In this document: one piece after another, positions 29,395-38,744 of the stretch | Numbering within the stretch: position 1 is the stretch's first letter | Layout of the letters: each line of letters opens with the position of its first letter | Source of the DNA: Sphingobacteriales bacterium | Lineage (GTDB): Bacteria; Bacteroidota; Bacteroidia; UKL13-3 | Direction of reading: 5' to 3' | Assembly: GCA_021298155.1 (NCBI GenBank) | Contig: JAJTEN010000003.1 | Location: 31,388-95,387, forward strand | DNA length: 64,000 bases | Program-made: the position numbers and the translations under genes | The notes under the pieces: model-generated | What the model was told of the DNA's origin: nothing | Database searches by the model: none | Seen by the model: only the letters and a program-made list of their open reading frames with translations

Positions 29395-30422
29395 TTAGAA
29401 ACCCCAAACCAATAGACATTGCGTTTTTGATTTCGCTGCTATTAGCGTCTATCATTGGTACAGTTACCTTTTTTATTAGTGAATGGGAATTTGTAAACAC
29501 GGTTATTATTTTCACACTTTGTTTTGGACTCTCCTTCTTTTTATTCTTTTATACCTTAGAGTTTTTTATTTACAGAAAAATAAAACTCATTTATAAAACC
29601 ATACATAGTTTAAAAACCCAAAAGTATGATGCGATTCTCAAAAATTTTGATTGGGATAAAGACCCTATTTCTGAGATGAACAAAGAAGTTATTAAGTGGG
29701 CCAGAGATAATAAAATGGAAATAGATCAGCTTAAAAAATTAGCAGATTTTAGAAAAGAATTTTTGGGAAATGTTTCACATGAGCTAAAAACACCTATTTT
29801 CAATATTCAAGGCTATATTCACACTTTGTTAGATGGGGCGATGGAAGATCCAGCTGTTAAAACAAGATTTTTAGAAAAAGCAGCTAAGAGTGCAGATAGA
29901 TTAAGTGATTTAGTGGCAGATTTACTGGCCATTTCGCAATTAGAGAGTGGAGAGCTCACCATGGAAAAAGAACGCTTTGATATTACTGCATTGGTTAAAG
30001 ACGTATATGAACAGTTGAGCAATAGCAAAGTTAATTTATTGATTAAAGAAGGTTGCAACGAACCTTTTTTTGTATTTGCAGATAAATATAGGATCAGACA
30101 GGTTTTGGTTAATTTGGTATCTAATTCTATCAAATATGGAAATCAAAACGGTACTACCACCGCTGCCTTTTATGATATGGATGAAAACATTCTGATTGAG
30201 ATTGCAGATAACGGTGCAGGTATTGAGCAAGAACACCTCAATCGCATTTTTGAGCGATTTTACAGAATAGACAAAAGTAGAACCAAGGAAGGCAAAGAAG
30301 GGGGAACAGGACTTGGCCTTTCTATTGTAAAACATATTATAGAAGCACACCAACAAACTATTAATGTAAGAAGTAATTTAGGAGAAGGAACTACCTTTGG
30401 TTTTACGCTTCAAAAGGCCTAG
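29391..30422 (+). CDS. sensor histidine kinase (two TM helices with a minimal external loop; HisKA + HATPase_c)
   Basis: H-box SHELKTP, N-box NLVSNSIKY, DNGAGI, GGTGLGLSIV. ATGA overlap with the response regulator stop. Confidence 0.85.
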   Translation: MIRNPKPIDIAFLISLLLASIIGTVTFFISEWEFVNTVIIFTLCFGLSFFLFFYTLEFFIYRKIKLIYKTIHSLKTQKYDAILKNFDWDKDPISEMNKEVIKWARDNKMEIDQLKKLADFRKEFLGNVSHELKTPIFNIQGYIHTLLDGAMEDPAVKTRFLEKAAKSADRLSDLVADLLAISQLESGELTMEKERFDITALVKDVYEQLSNSKVNLLIKEGCNEPFFVFADKYRIRQVLVNLVSNSIKYGNQNGTTTAAFYDMDENILIEIADNGAGIEQEHLNRIFERFYRIDKSRTKEGKEGGTGLGLSIVKHIIEAHQQTINVRSNLGEGTTFGFTLQKA

Positions 30423-30544
30423 AATATTGGTAAGGCGATAAAAAATAAGGAAACATTGGAAATTTATTTTGAATGAAACATAAATTTTCTTGGTAGGCTG
30501 AACAAAAAATATATATTTGCCAATAGCCAATTAATTATAATACA

Positions 30545-30931
30545 ATGGTTAAGAGTTTAAAAAAGAAAATCAGAATGGAGTTTGAGATAAAAGCATCACC
30601 CTCTATGGTGTATAATTATATCAGCTCTCCTTCAGGATTATCGCAATGGTTTTGCAACGATGTAGATATCTATAATAATTTCTACAAGTTTAAATGGGAT
30701 GGTGATGAAAACATTGCCGAATTAATTAAAAAAACACCGGGCAAGGGTATCAAATTTCGTTGGAAAGATGCCCTTCCAGAAGAGTTTTTTGAATTTGAAA
30801 TTCAATTGGATGAACTAACAGATGATGTTGCCCTCGTAGTAACAGATTTTGTTGAACCTGAGGAAGAAAAAAATGCAATTCTATTGTGGGATAACCAAGT
30901 TCACGAGTTAAAAACATTATTAGGAGGCTAA
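30545..30931 (+). CDS. START-like/SRPBCC small protein
   Basis: 128 aa. The block SPSMVYNYISSPSGLSQWF resembles AHSA1/START-like domain proteins. Weak. Confidence 0.4.
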   Translation: MVKSLKKKIRMEFEIKASPSMVYNYISSPSGLSQWFCNDVDIYNNFYKFKWDGDENIAELIKKTPGKGIKFRWKDALPEEFFEFEIQLDELTDDVALVVTDFVEPEEEKNAILLWDNQVHELKTLLGG

Positions 30932-31488
30932 CTCAATACCTCCTCAAATTGCTTATAAAACTCACTCAATCCTTCGAAAATATTTTCTTTGTTTTCAATT
31001 GGTTTAGATCTTACCAATTTAAAAAATCTACCAGAAATAAGCTCAAGTTGTTGTGGTTCACTAATTTGTTCTAAAATTTGGAAGTGCTCTGAATGGATAT
31101 CATTTTCCCAGAGGTTTGACCCCAACAATATAAAATCTGTTGGTTGTGCCAATGTTAAAACCTTTGTATACAGCTCTTTTTGAACTCCTTGAAAAATAAG
31201 TTGAAACTGAATTCCCCTACCCCACCAAAATAATGTACGGTAAACAAAATTAAATTGTAGGTTATTCATCTTTGGAAAGTCTAGTACCAGATAGGGTAAA
31301 TCTTGTAACCTTTCCCCAGCACTAATTTTAAATGATTTATTGGGATTAAAAGACTGCAATAATTCGCCAGATTCTAGCAATTGTGCCTTAATTTTATCCA
31401 TGGCACTTTTCTTGATAATCGGATACCAATCGTTTTCAATTAAATTGAATTCGTCATTATTCAATTTATTTACCCATTTTTGTTCCAT
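30928..31488 (-). CDS. hypothetical protein
   Basis: Unoverlapped 186-aa ORF with coding-like composition and an ATG start. No recognisable motifs. Confidence 0.4.
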   Translation of the reverse strand: MEQKWVNKLNNDEFNLIENDWYPIIKKSAMDKIKAQLLESGELLQSFNPNKSFKISAGERLQDLPYLVLDFPKMNNLQFNFVYRTLFWWGRGIQFQLIFQGVQKELYTKVLTLAQPTDFILLGSNLWENDIHSEHFQILEQISEPQQLELISGRFFKLVRSKPIENKENIFEGLSEFYKQFEEVLS

Positions 31489-31509
31489 AATGTCAAAGAT
31501 AAACCAAGC

Positions 31510-32985
31510 GTGAAGAAATTTTACCTATTTATTGTTAAGAATTATTTAAAAGCATTTTTACCAACTTTTTTGATAGTGATGCTCATCTTACTCATGCAGG
31601 TTATTTGGCTGTATGTAGATGAACTAATTGGCAAAGGATTAGATTGGCTCATTATTGCAGAATTAATATTTTATTTTTCTGCCAGCCTTATACCTCAAGC
31701 ATTACCCCTATCCATTTTACTTGCTTCTATTATGACCTTCGGAAATTTAGGGGAAAGCTATGAACTTGTTGCAGCTAAGGCATCAGGCATTTCTATTTGG
31801 AAGATGTTTAGGCCTATGGCTATTGTTATGCTATTTGTGGCCACATTTGGTTTCTTTGTTTCGAATGTACTCATCCCTCAAGCCAACCTAAAGAAAGGTT
31901 CATTATTGTATGATGTTCGACAACAAAAACCCGCATTAGCCATAAAAGAAGGCGTATTTAGTCAGGATATCCCCGGAATTACCATACGCGTTGGAAAAAA
32001 AAACAGGCAAACACAGGAACTCCAAGACATTATTATATACGACCAAAGAGAAAGTCAGCTTCACCCCGTAATTATTTTTGCAAAAAGCGGGAAAATGAGC
32101 AGCAGTGAAGATAACAGATACCTATTCTTAAACCTTATTGACGGCGGAAGGTATGAGGAATTAGAGCGCGTAAAAGGATATTATTATTCCCAGCAACATT
32201 CTACTATGACTTTTCAAGAAGAGCGAATTGCATTTGACATGAACAGTTTTAAATTTAATAGAACAGATGAAAATCTATTTAAAAACCACTGGGAGATGCT
32301 CAATGTGCTAGAATTAGGAACTGCAAGTGATTCGTTGGATCAGGTTGCGCTTTATAAATTTGATGAATTGAAAAACTTCATACGTCCTTATTATTTTTTT
32401 AGTAAAAATCAAATTGACAGCAGCAATAAAACAGCTCGTGTGAGTCCGATTTTAATTACAAGCAAAGAAAGAAATATTACGAGTCATTTTTATGATGTAC
32501 CATCAAGCACCATATATGCCAATGCGATTAACTCGGCCAGAAGTGTTAAAAATATAGTAGAATATTCTATTAATGAATTTAAAGAGTTAAATAGGTTACG
32601 AACACGACATAAAATTGAATGGCATAAGAAATTTGTTTTATCTATTGCCTGTATTGTTATGTTTTTTATTGGCGCACCATTAGGTTCAATTATTAGAAAA
32701 GGCGGTTTTGGACTACCTATAGTAATTTCAGTTTTGTTATATGTAGTTTACCACATTGTTTCCTTATCTGGGGAAAAAGCGGCTAAAACGGAGGCATGGA
32801 CAGCAATGGAGGGAATTTGGTTTGGGATTGCCGTATTTATTCCAATCGCATTTTTTATCACCTACCAAGCTGCAAATGATTCCCAATTATTTGATAAGAA
32901 TTTATATTACAAATGGATGAGAGCATTCAAACGTTTTTTAAATAAAAAATCAGAAAAGAGTGATTCAAACGCACTAATTACCTAA
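31510..32985 (+). CDS. LptF/LptG-family permease (YjgP/YjgQ)
   Basis: N-terminus (V)KKFYLFIVKNYLKAFLPTFLIVMLILLM is typical of the family; three N-terminal TMs, a large periplasmic insert, three C-terminal TMs. GTG at 31510 preferred because the track's TTG at 31480 would overlap the divergent gene. Confidence 0.7.
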   Translation: MKKFYLFIVKNYLKAFLPTFLIVMLILLMQVIWLYVDELIGKGLDWLIIAELIFYFSASLIPQALPLSILLASIMTFGNLGESYELVAAKASGISIWKMFRPMAIVMLFVATFGFFVSNVLIPQANLKKGSLLYDVRQQKPALAIKEGVFSQDIPGITIRVGKKNRQTQELQDIIIYDQRESQLHPVIIFAKSGKMSSSEDNRYLFLNLIDGGRYEELERVKGYYYSQQHSTMTFQEERIAFDMNSFKFNRTDENLFKNHWEMLNVLELGTASDSLDQVALYKFDELKNFIRPYYFFSKNQIDSSNKTARVSPILITSKERNITSHFYDVPSSTIYANAINSARSVKNIVEYSINEFKELNRLRTRHKIEWHKKFVLSIACIVMFFIGAPLGSIIRKGGFGLPIVISVLLYVVYHIVSLSGEKAAKTEAWTAMEGIWFGIAVFIPIAFFITYQAANDSQLFDKNLYYKWMRAFKRFLNKKSEKSDSNALIT

Positions 32986-33003
32986 ATTTAAAAAATTATT
33001 ATT

Positions 33004-33558
33004 ATGAGTTGGATCGAACATATTAAAAATAAATTGGGTTCATTGATGCTAGAAAAAAGAGTGAATGAAAAAGTAGGCATTAATCCAATACCCAGCTTTC
33101 AAGACATACAAGAAATTGGAGTAATTTATAACGCAACACAAGCTATTGAGGAAGAACAAATAAATCGGATTGCTCATTTTTTGCGCGATCAAGGCAAAAA
33201 AGTGTGGACCTTAGGCTATGTTGACTCAAACAAACTACCGCACAACCGTAAATTCCATATTAGTTCTGAATATTTTTGGAAAGAGCAATTAAATTTTTTC
33301 AATTTACCACAACCCGAAAAAATTGGCCAATTTATGAATCATAACTTTGATTTATTAATGAATCTGTATTTTGAGCCCATATTGCCTATTCAAGCAATGA
33401 GTTGCTTATGCCATGCGAAATATAAAATGGGCGCCCAAATTCAAAATGGCATACAGTATAATGATTCTATAATAGATACAGGAAATGACCATTCTATTCA
33501 GTCGCTTTCTGCACAAATGGTTCATTATTTAAAAGTAATAAACCAACATGAATCATAA
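33004..33558 (+). CDS. hypothetical protein
   Basis: 184-aa ORF between the lptF/G-like gene and queE. Its 3' end overlaps the queE start by 11 nt. No recognised motif. Confidence 0.4.
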   Translation: MSWIEHIKNKLGSLMLEKRVNEKVGINPIPSFQDIQEIGVIYNATQAIEEEQINRIAHFLRDQGKKVWTLGYVDSNKLPHNRKFHISSEYFWKEQLNFFNLPQPEKIGQFMNHNFDLLMNLYFEPILPIQAMSCLCHAKYKMGAQIQNGIQYNDSIIDTGNDHSIQSLSAQMVHYLKVINQHES

Positions 33559-34159
33559 ATACAATTTACTTCCTTTGATGGAGCATTTCTATACGATTCA
33601 AGGAGAAGGCTTCCATTCGGGCAGAGCTGCTTACTTTTTGCGTTTAGGAGGTTGTGATGTAGGTTGCGTTTGGTGTGATGTAAAAGAAAGTTGGGAGGCA
33701 GACAAACATCCATTGGTTAGCATAGAGCAAATGGTAGCATGGGCAAAAGAAGCTGGAACAGAAATGGCGGTAATAACCGGAGGAGAGCCACTCATGCATT
33801 CGTTAACCGACCTCACTGAAGCCTTGCATCAAGCCTCGATAGAAACCAATATAGAAACTTCTGGCGCTCATCCATTAAGCGGCAAATGGGATTGGATTTG
33901 TGTTTCTCCCAAAAAATTTAAAGCCCCTTTACCAGAGGTTTTGATTGAGGCAAACGAGTTAAAAGTTGTTATTTTCAATAAAAGTGATTTCGAATGGGCT
34001 CAAAAACATGCACAGTTGGTAAAACCAACTTGCAAGTTATATTTACAACCAGAGTGGACACAAAGAGAAAAAGTAACGCCACTTATTGTAGATTTTTGTA
34101 AAGCTAACCCCAAGTGGCAAATTAGTTTACAAACGCATAAATACATGCAAATACCCTAA
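33548..34159 (+). CDS. queE: 7-carboxy-7-deazaguanine synthase (radical SAM)
   Basis: FYTIQGEG...FLRLGGCDVGCVWCD (CxxxCxxC cluster) and ITGGEPL. Confidence 0.85.
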   Translation: MNHKYNLLPLMEHFYTIQGEGFHSGRAAYFLRLGGCDVGCVWCDVKESWEADKHPLVSIEQMVAWAKEAGTEMAVITGGEPLMHSLTDLTEALHQASIETNIETSGAHPLSGKWDWICVSPKKFKAPLPEVLIEANELKVVIFNKSDFEWAQKHAQLVKPTCKLYLQPEWTQREKVTPLIVDFCKANPKWQISLQTHKYMQIP

Positions 34160-34650
34160 ACTAATTTTTCAGTTTTCAATTCCATCAAAACTTTTGCTAC
34201 AGCCGGACAAATCAATGAATTTTGAAATGTTAGTGGTAATTTTTGAAGTTGATCCCGTTGGTGGGTATGAGGATATTCTCTACACGCATTAGGTCTGGCT
34301 TCATATACCTTACAGTAATGGTCTGAACCTAAAAACATACAAGGCATGCTTTTGAACACATAATCCTTATCTTCATCTATTTTCAAATAATTTTCTGTGA
34401 ATGTGGCTGGCCTAATTTTAAGCTCTTTTGCCAACCTATCAATATCTTTATTTAATAATAAAGGACCTGTTGTGCGGCAACAATTAGCGCACTGCAGGCA
34501 ATCGATTTCACTAAACGCACTATCATTTAAATCCTGAATTAGCCTATCTAAATGTTGAGGTTTTTGCTTTTTTAGTTTGTCTAAAAATTTCTTATTGTCG
34601 ACCTTATTTTTCTTAGACCAATCTAATAACTTTTGATAGGCAGCTAACAT
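34156..34650 (-). CDS. YkgJ-family cysteine-cluster protein (UPF0153)
   Basis: CLQCANCC (CxxCxxCC) plus downstream Cys residues. Its ATG shares one base with the ribBA stop (TAATG). Confidence 0.7.
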   Translation of the reverse strand: MLAAYQKLLDWSKKNKVDNKKFLDKLKKQKPQHLDRLIQDLNDSAFSEIDCLQCANCCRTTGPLLLNKDIDRLAKELKIRPATFTENYLKIDEDKDYVFKSMPCMFLGSDHYCKVYEARPNACREYPHTHQRDQLQKLPLTFQNSLICPAVAKVLMELKTEKLV

Positions 34651-35867
34651 TATTTAGATTCAGATTTTAGTTCATGTCCCATCTTATCACGTTTGGTGTC
34701 TAGGTATTTTTTATTGTGCGGGTTAGGAACAACTGCCAATGGAACATTTTCAACAATCTCTAAACCATACCCAATTAATCCAGCCCGTTTGGTTGGATTA
34801 TTGGTCATCAATCTCATTTTTTGCACTCCCATTGCCCTTAAAATTTGCGCACCAACTCCATAATCACGCTCATCCATTTTAAAACCAAGTTGTAAGTTTG
34901 CATCTACTGTATCAAGACCCTGTTCTTGTAGTTTATATGCCTTGAGTTTATTAACCAAACCAATACCTCTACCTTCTTGATTAATATATAAAACAATTCC
35001 CTTTCCTTCCTGCTCAATTAGTTCCATTGCCTTGTGCAATTGATCGCCACAATCGCAACGCATTGAATGAAAAATATCACCTGTAATGCAAGATGAATGC
35101 ACCCTTACCAAAACAGGTTCATTTTCTTCCCAGCTACCCTTTTGAAGAACCAAATGCTCTTCACCGGTATCAATTTGTTTAAAGGCGGTTAATACAAAAT
35201 TTCCGTAGGTGGTTGGCATATCAACAGAAATTAAGCGCTGTATTAAAGATTCCTTCTCTAAGCGATAAGCAATTAAATCTTTAATGGTAACCAATTTCAT
35301 ATCAAATTTTTGAGCAATTTTAATAAGATCTGGCACACGAGCCATGCTTCCATCTTCATTTAAAATTTCAACAATACAACCCGCAGGTTCAAAACCAGCC
35401 AAACGGGCAAAATCAATGGCTGCTTCCGTATGTCCGGCTCGTCTTAGCACACCCTCTGGCCTTGCTTTTAATGGAAAAATATGCCCTGGTTTCCCAAAGT
35501 CTTCAGGTTTACTGCTTGGATCAATTAAAGCTTGAACCGTTTTGGCTCTATCTTGAGCAGAAATACCTGTGGTGCAACCTTTACCTAATAAGTCTACCGA
35601 TACGGTAAAAGGCGTTTCATGCAAGGTAGTATTATCGTTAACCATTAGGTCTAGTTTTAGCTCATTACAGCGTGTATCTGTAAGCGGCGTGCAAATGAGT
35701 CCCCTACCCTCTCTAGCCATAAAATTAATTACCTCGGGCGTAACATTTCTAGCGGCTGTTAAAAAATCACCTTCATTTTCCCTATCCTCATCATCCACAA
35801 CAATTATCATTTTGCCGTTTTGAATATCTGAGATTGCTTCCTCGATGGTATTAAACTTGAATTGCAT
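34650..35867 (-). CDS. ribBA: bifunctional 3,4-dihydroxy-2-butanone-4-phosphate synthase / GTP cyclohydrolase II
   Basis: DHBPS block [12 protein letters not shown], then GCH-II with [21 protein letters not shown] and [10 protein letters not shown]. Confidence 0.95.
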   Translation of the reverse strand: MQFKFNTIEEAISDIQNGKMIIVVDDEDRENEGDFLTAARNVTPEVINFMAREGRGLICTPLTDTRCNELKLDLMVNDNTTLHETPFTVSVDLLGKGCTTGISAQDRAKTVQALIDPSSKPEDFGKPGHIFPLKARPEGVLRRAGHTEAAIDFARLAGFEPAGCIVEILNEDGSMARVPDLIKIAQKFDMKLVTIKDLIAYRLEKESLIQRLISVDMPTTYGNFVLTAFKQIDTGEEHLVLQKGSWEENEPVLVRVHSSCITGDIFHSMRCDCGDQLHKAMELIEQEGKGIVLYINQEGRGIGLVNKLKAYKLQEQGLDTVDANLQLGFKMDERDYGVGAQILRAMGVQKMRLMTNNPTKRAGLIGYGLEIVENVPLAVVPNPHNKKYLDTKRDKMGHELKSESK

Positions 35868-35885
35868 GTGCTATTTTTAAGGGTG

Positions 35886-35893
35886 CAAATATA
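35886..35893 (-). promoter_or_regulatory. -7 promoter box (TATATTTG) upstream of ribBA
   Basis: Minus strand reads TATATTTG-cacccttaaaaatagcac-ATG, an exact TAnnTTTG match. Confidence 0.35.
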
Positions 35894-36081
35894 ATAATAA
35901 TTGAATATTATCAGCATGTTTCACCTACACAATGGCATTATAATCAGAAATGTAATGAATAAAAAAAACAACTATGCATAGAATCTTGGTAATCTAAGTA
36001 ATCAGTAAAAATTAGCTTACTAAAATTGGTTCGAACCAATGAAATGGCTTTAAATAAAGCATATTTACCTATCTTGCGCGC

Positions 36082-37977
36082 ATGAATTATTTAAGGGCAG
36101 AAAACCTGTCGAAAAGATTTGGAGAACGCGTTTTATTTGAAAACATCTCCTACACATTAGCAAAAGGAAACCGCGTTGCACTGATTGCAAAAAATGGAAC
36201 TGGAAAAACCTCATTACTTAATTTACTAGCCAAATGTGATGAGCCCGATTCGGGCAATATAGTTATTGATAAACATATTAAATGGGCATATTTGGCACAA
36301 GATCCTCAATTTGAAAAAACAGATACTGTTTGGGAAGCTGTTTTTAATTCAGACAATGAGGTTATAAAAGCAGTGGCTGATTATGAATGGTGTATGGAGG
36401 CTTTGAATACAAATCCAAACGACGAAGGCATTCAAAATAAATTGCAACAAGCTATGGAGCAGATGGATGTTTTTCAGGCTTGGGACATTGAGGCTAGGGT
36501 GCACACTATTCTTACCCAATTAAACCTACAACATCATTTAAACCATACTGCAGATCAATTAAGCGGTGGACAAAAAAAGCGATTAGCCTTAGCTAGGGTT
36601 TTGATTCAAAGTCCGGATATGCTCATTTTAGACGAACCAACCAATCACCTAGATATTCCTATGATTGAATGGTTAGAAGCTTACCTTAAATCTCAAGACA
36701 TCACCTTGCTTTTGGTTACCCACGACAGGTACTTTTTAGACCATGTATGTAATGAAATTATAGAACTAGACCTCGGTCAGTTATTCACTTATAAAGGCAA
36801 TTACGCTTATTTTTTAGAGAAGAAGCAACAACGCGAAACTTACCAAGCCAAAGAAGCAGATGAGGCCAGAAAATTAGCAAAAAAAGAGTTAGAGTGGATG
36901 AGGCGGCAACCCAAAGCGAGAACCACAAAATCTAAAAGTAGAATTGATGCGTATTATGAAACCAAAGAAAAAGCTGCTTTCAAAAAAGATGATTCCCAAG
37001 TAGAAATTGTAATGCAAATGAAACGCATGGGTGGTAAAATTTTGGAAGTAAATCAGATCAATAAAAACTTTGGAAGCCTTAAAATTGCTGAAGATTTTAG
37101 CTACCTTTTTAAACCCGGCGAGCGCATTGGGGTAATTGGTAAAAATGGAGTAGGCAAATCTACCTTTTTAAATATGTTACAGGGTATAGAAAAACCAGAC
37201 TCGGGTAATATAGTAAAAGGTGAAACCGTAAAATTTGGGTATTACGGCCAGCAAGGCCTTCAGCTTAAAGAAGACAAACGCGTTGTTGAGGTAATTACAG
37301 ATATTGCCGAGTATTTAGAAGTGGGTAAAGGCGTTAAACTAACTGCTATTGCCCTACTTCGCATGTTTTTGTTTGATCCTAAAAAGCAACATAATTTTGT
37401 AAGCACCCTAAGTGGTGGAGAAAAACGTAGGTTATACTTACTCACTATTTTAATGGAAAAACCAAACTTCCTTATCTTAGATGAGCCAACCAACGATTTA
37501 GATATCGAAACATTAAATGTTTTAGAAGAATTCTTAGAATCTTTTGAAGGGTGTTTATTGGTTGTTACCCATGATAGGTATTTTATGGACACCTTAGTAG
37601 ACAAATTATTTGTATTTGAAGGGGAAGGACACATCAGAGATTTTAATGGCAATTACCAAGATTATTTGAATGAACTTGAAGATAAAAAACTGGCAGCATA
37701 TGCAGCAAAACAGGACGCCAAGGAGCCTAAACCCATAGCAATAAAAGAAGCGCCGAAAGTGATAGAAAAAAAGAAACTTTCATTCAAAGAACAACGAGAA
37801 TTAAGTGACTTAGAAGCAAGTATTGAGGAATTGAATGCTGAAAAATTAAAACTTGAAACCTTACTTACTATTGGCAGTGAAAGTCACGAAGAATTATTAG
37901 GTTGGAGCCAATCCCTCGAAACCATAAAAAATACCTTAGATGAAAAAGAACTTAGGTGGCTAGCTTTAACTGATTAA
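36082..37977 (+). CDS. ABC-F family ATPase (translation-factor-like, Uup/YbiT type)
   Basis: Two NBDs (AKNGTGKTS / LSGGQKKRLAL and GKNGVGKST / LSGGEKRRLYL), no TMD, charged linker, C-terminal coiled coil. Confidence 0.9.
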   Translation: MNYLRAENLSKRFGERVLFENISYTLAKGNRVALIAKNGTGKTSLLNLLAKCDEPDSGNIVIDKHIKWAYLAQDPQFEKTDTVWEAVFNSDNEVIKAVADYEWCMEALNTNPNDEGIQNKLQQAMEQMDVFQAWDIEARVHTILTQLNLQHHLNHTADQLSGGQKKRLALARVLIQSPDMLILDEPTNHLDIPMIEWLEAYLKSQDITLLLVTHDRYFLDHVCNEIIELDLGQLFTYKGNYAYFLEKKQQRETYQAKEADEARKLAKKELEWMRRQPKARTTKSKSRIDAYYETKEKAAFKKDDSQVEIVMQMKRMGGKILEVNQINKNFGSLKIAEDFSYLFKPGERIGVIGKNGVGKSTFLNMLQGIEKPDSGNIVKGETVKFGYYGQQGLQLKEDKRVVEVITDIAEYLEVGKGVKLTAIALLRMFLFDPKKQHNFVSTLSGGEKRRLYLLTILMEKPNFLILDEPTNDLDIETLNVLEEFLESFEGCLLVVTHDRYFMDTLVDKLFVFEGEGHIRDFNGNYQDYLNELEDKKLAAYAAKQDAKEPKPIAIKEAPKVIEKKKLSFKEQRELSDLEASIEELNAEKLKLETLLTIGSESHEELLGWSQSLETIKNTLDEKELRWLALTD

Positions 37978-38018
37978 TGGATTAACAAAAACCTGCACAC
38001 CTCTAACCTAAAACACAC

Positions 38019-38744
38019 ATGGACAAACCCAAAGTAATACCTTTTTCTAAAATGATTATTTTTGAAGATGAACATTTTATCTTCATCAATAAACCAGCCT
38101 TATATTCTTCTTTAGACGATAGACATGGAGATGTTTTTTCTATCATCAGGCAAGCAAAAAAACAAGATGATAACTTACAACTTTGTCACCGCTTAGATAA
38201 AGAAACAAGTGGGGTTTTAGTGATTGCTAAGAACGAGATGGTGTACAGAGAAATGTCTATGTTATTTGAGAAACGTGAGGTAATGAAAATTTACCACGCC
38301 GTGGTGCAAGGAAATTTACAAGTAGACCAAATGAGTATCAGTGCACCTTTGGGTCAGACCGCAAAAGGCATTGCAAAAATTGATAAAATTGATGGTAAAG
38401 CTTCCGAAACACTTGTTCAAACGCTAAAAGTATATAAGCATTATACCTTACTTGCTTGCATGCCCATTACGGGCAGATTGCATCAAATCCGCATTCACTT
38501 GGCCTCCCAAAATTTTCCATTGGTTGCAGATACCACCTATGGAGGTACTATGCCCTATTTAGCCAAGATAAAACCTAAATTTAAAGAAGGTAAATGGGAG
38601 AATGCCGAACCAATGATGAAACGCGTTGCCCTGCATGCTTATGCTATCCGCTTCAACTTATTCGACAAAGAATATCATATTAATGCACCTTATCCAAAAG
38701 ATTTTGCGGTATTAGTTAAACTATTGGAGAAGTATGATTTATAG
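38019..38744 (+). CDS. RluA-family pseudouridine synthase
   Basis: Catalytic motif HRLDKETSGVLV and GRLHQIRIHL. Confidence 0.85.
   Translation: MDKPKVIPFSKMIIFEDEHFIFINKPALYSSLDDRHGDVFSIIRQAKKQDDNLQLCHRLDKETSGVLVIAKNEMVYREMSMLFEKREVMKIYHAVVQGNLQVDQMSISAPLGQTAKGIAKIDKIDGKASETLVQTLKVYKHYTLLACMPITGRLHQIRIHLASQNFPLVADTTYGGTMPYLAKIKPKFKEGKWENAEPMMKRVALHAYAIRFNLFDKEYHINAPYPKDFAVLVKLLEKYDL

Noticed and set aside
36020-36045. tRNA-like GGTTCGAACC (T-loop-like) sequence
   Set aside because: The flanks provide no acceptor stem, D-arm or anticodon arm. The element is a simple perfect palindrome, not a tRNA or tmRNA.
35868-36081. Expected FMN (RFN) riboswitch upstream of ribBA
   Set aside because: I read the minus strand of the whole spacer. 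None of the conserved RFN core strings (such as GGGCAGGGTGAAATTCC or GGATGGGAGA) are present, and the -7 box sits only ~18 nt from the ATG, which leaves no room for an aptamer.
37260-37652. Antisense ORFs of 60-130 aa inside well-supported genes (e.g. 37260..37652, 58946..59293, 27302..27652, 29819..30356, 22198..22464, 35344..35823, 49878..50066)
   Set aside because: All lie fully within longer ORFs that carry clear catalytic motifs on the opposite strand. They show biased Ser/Leu/Lys-rich composition and have no motifs of their own.
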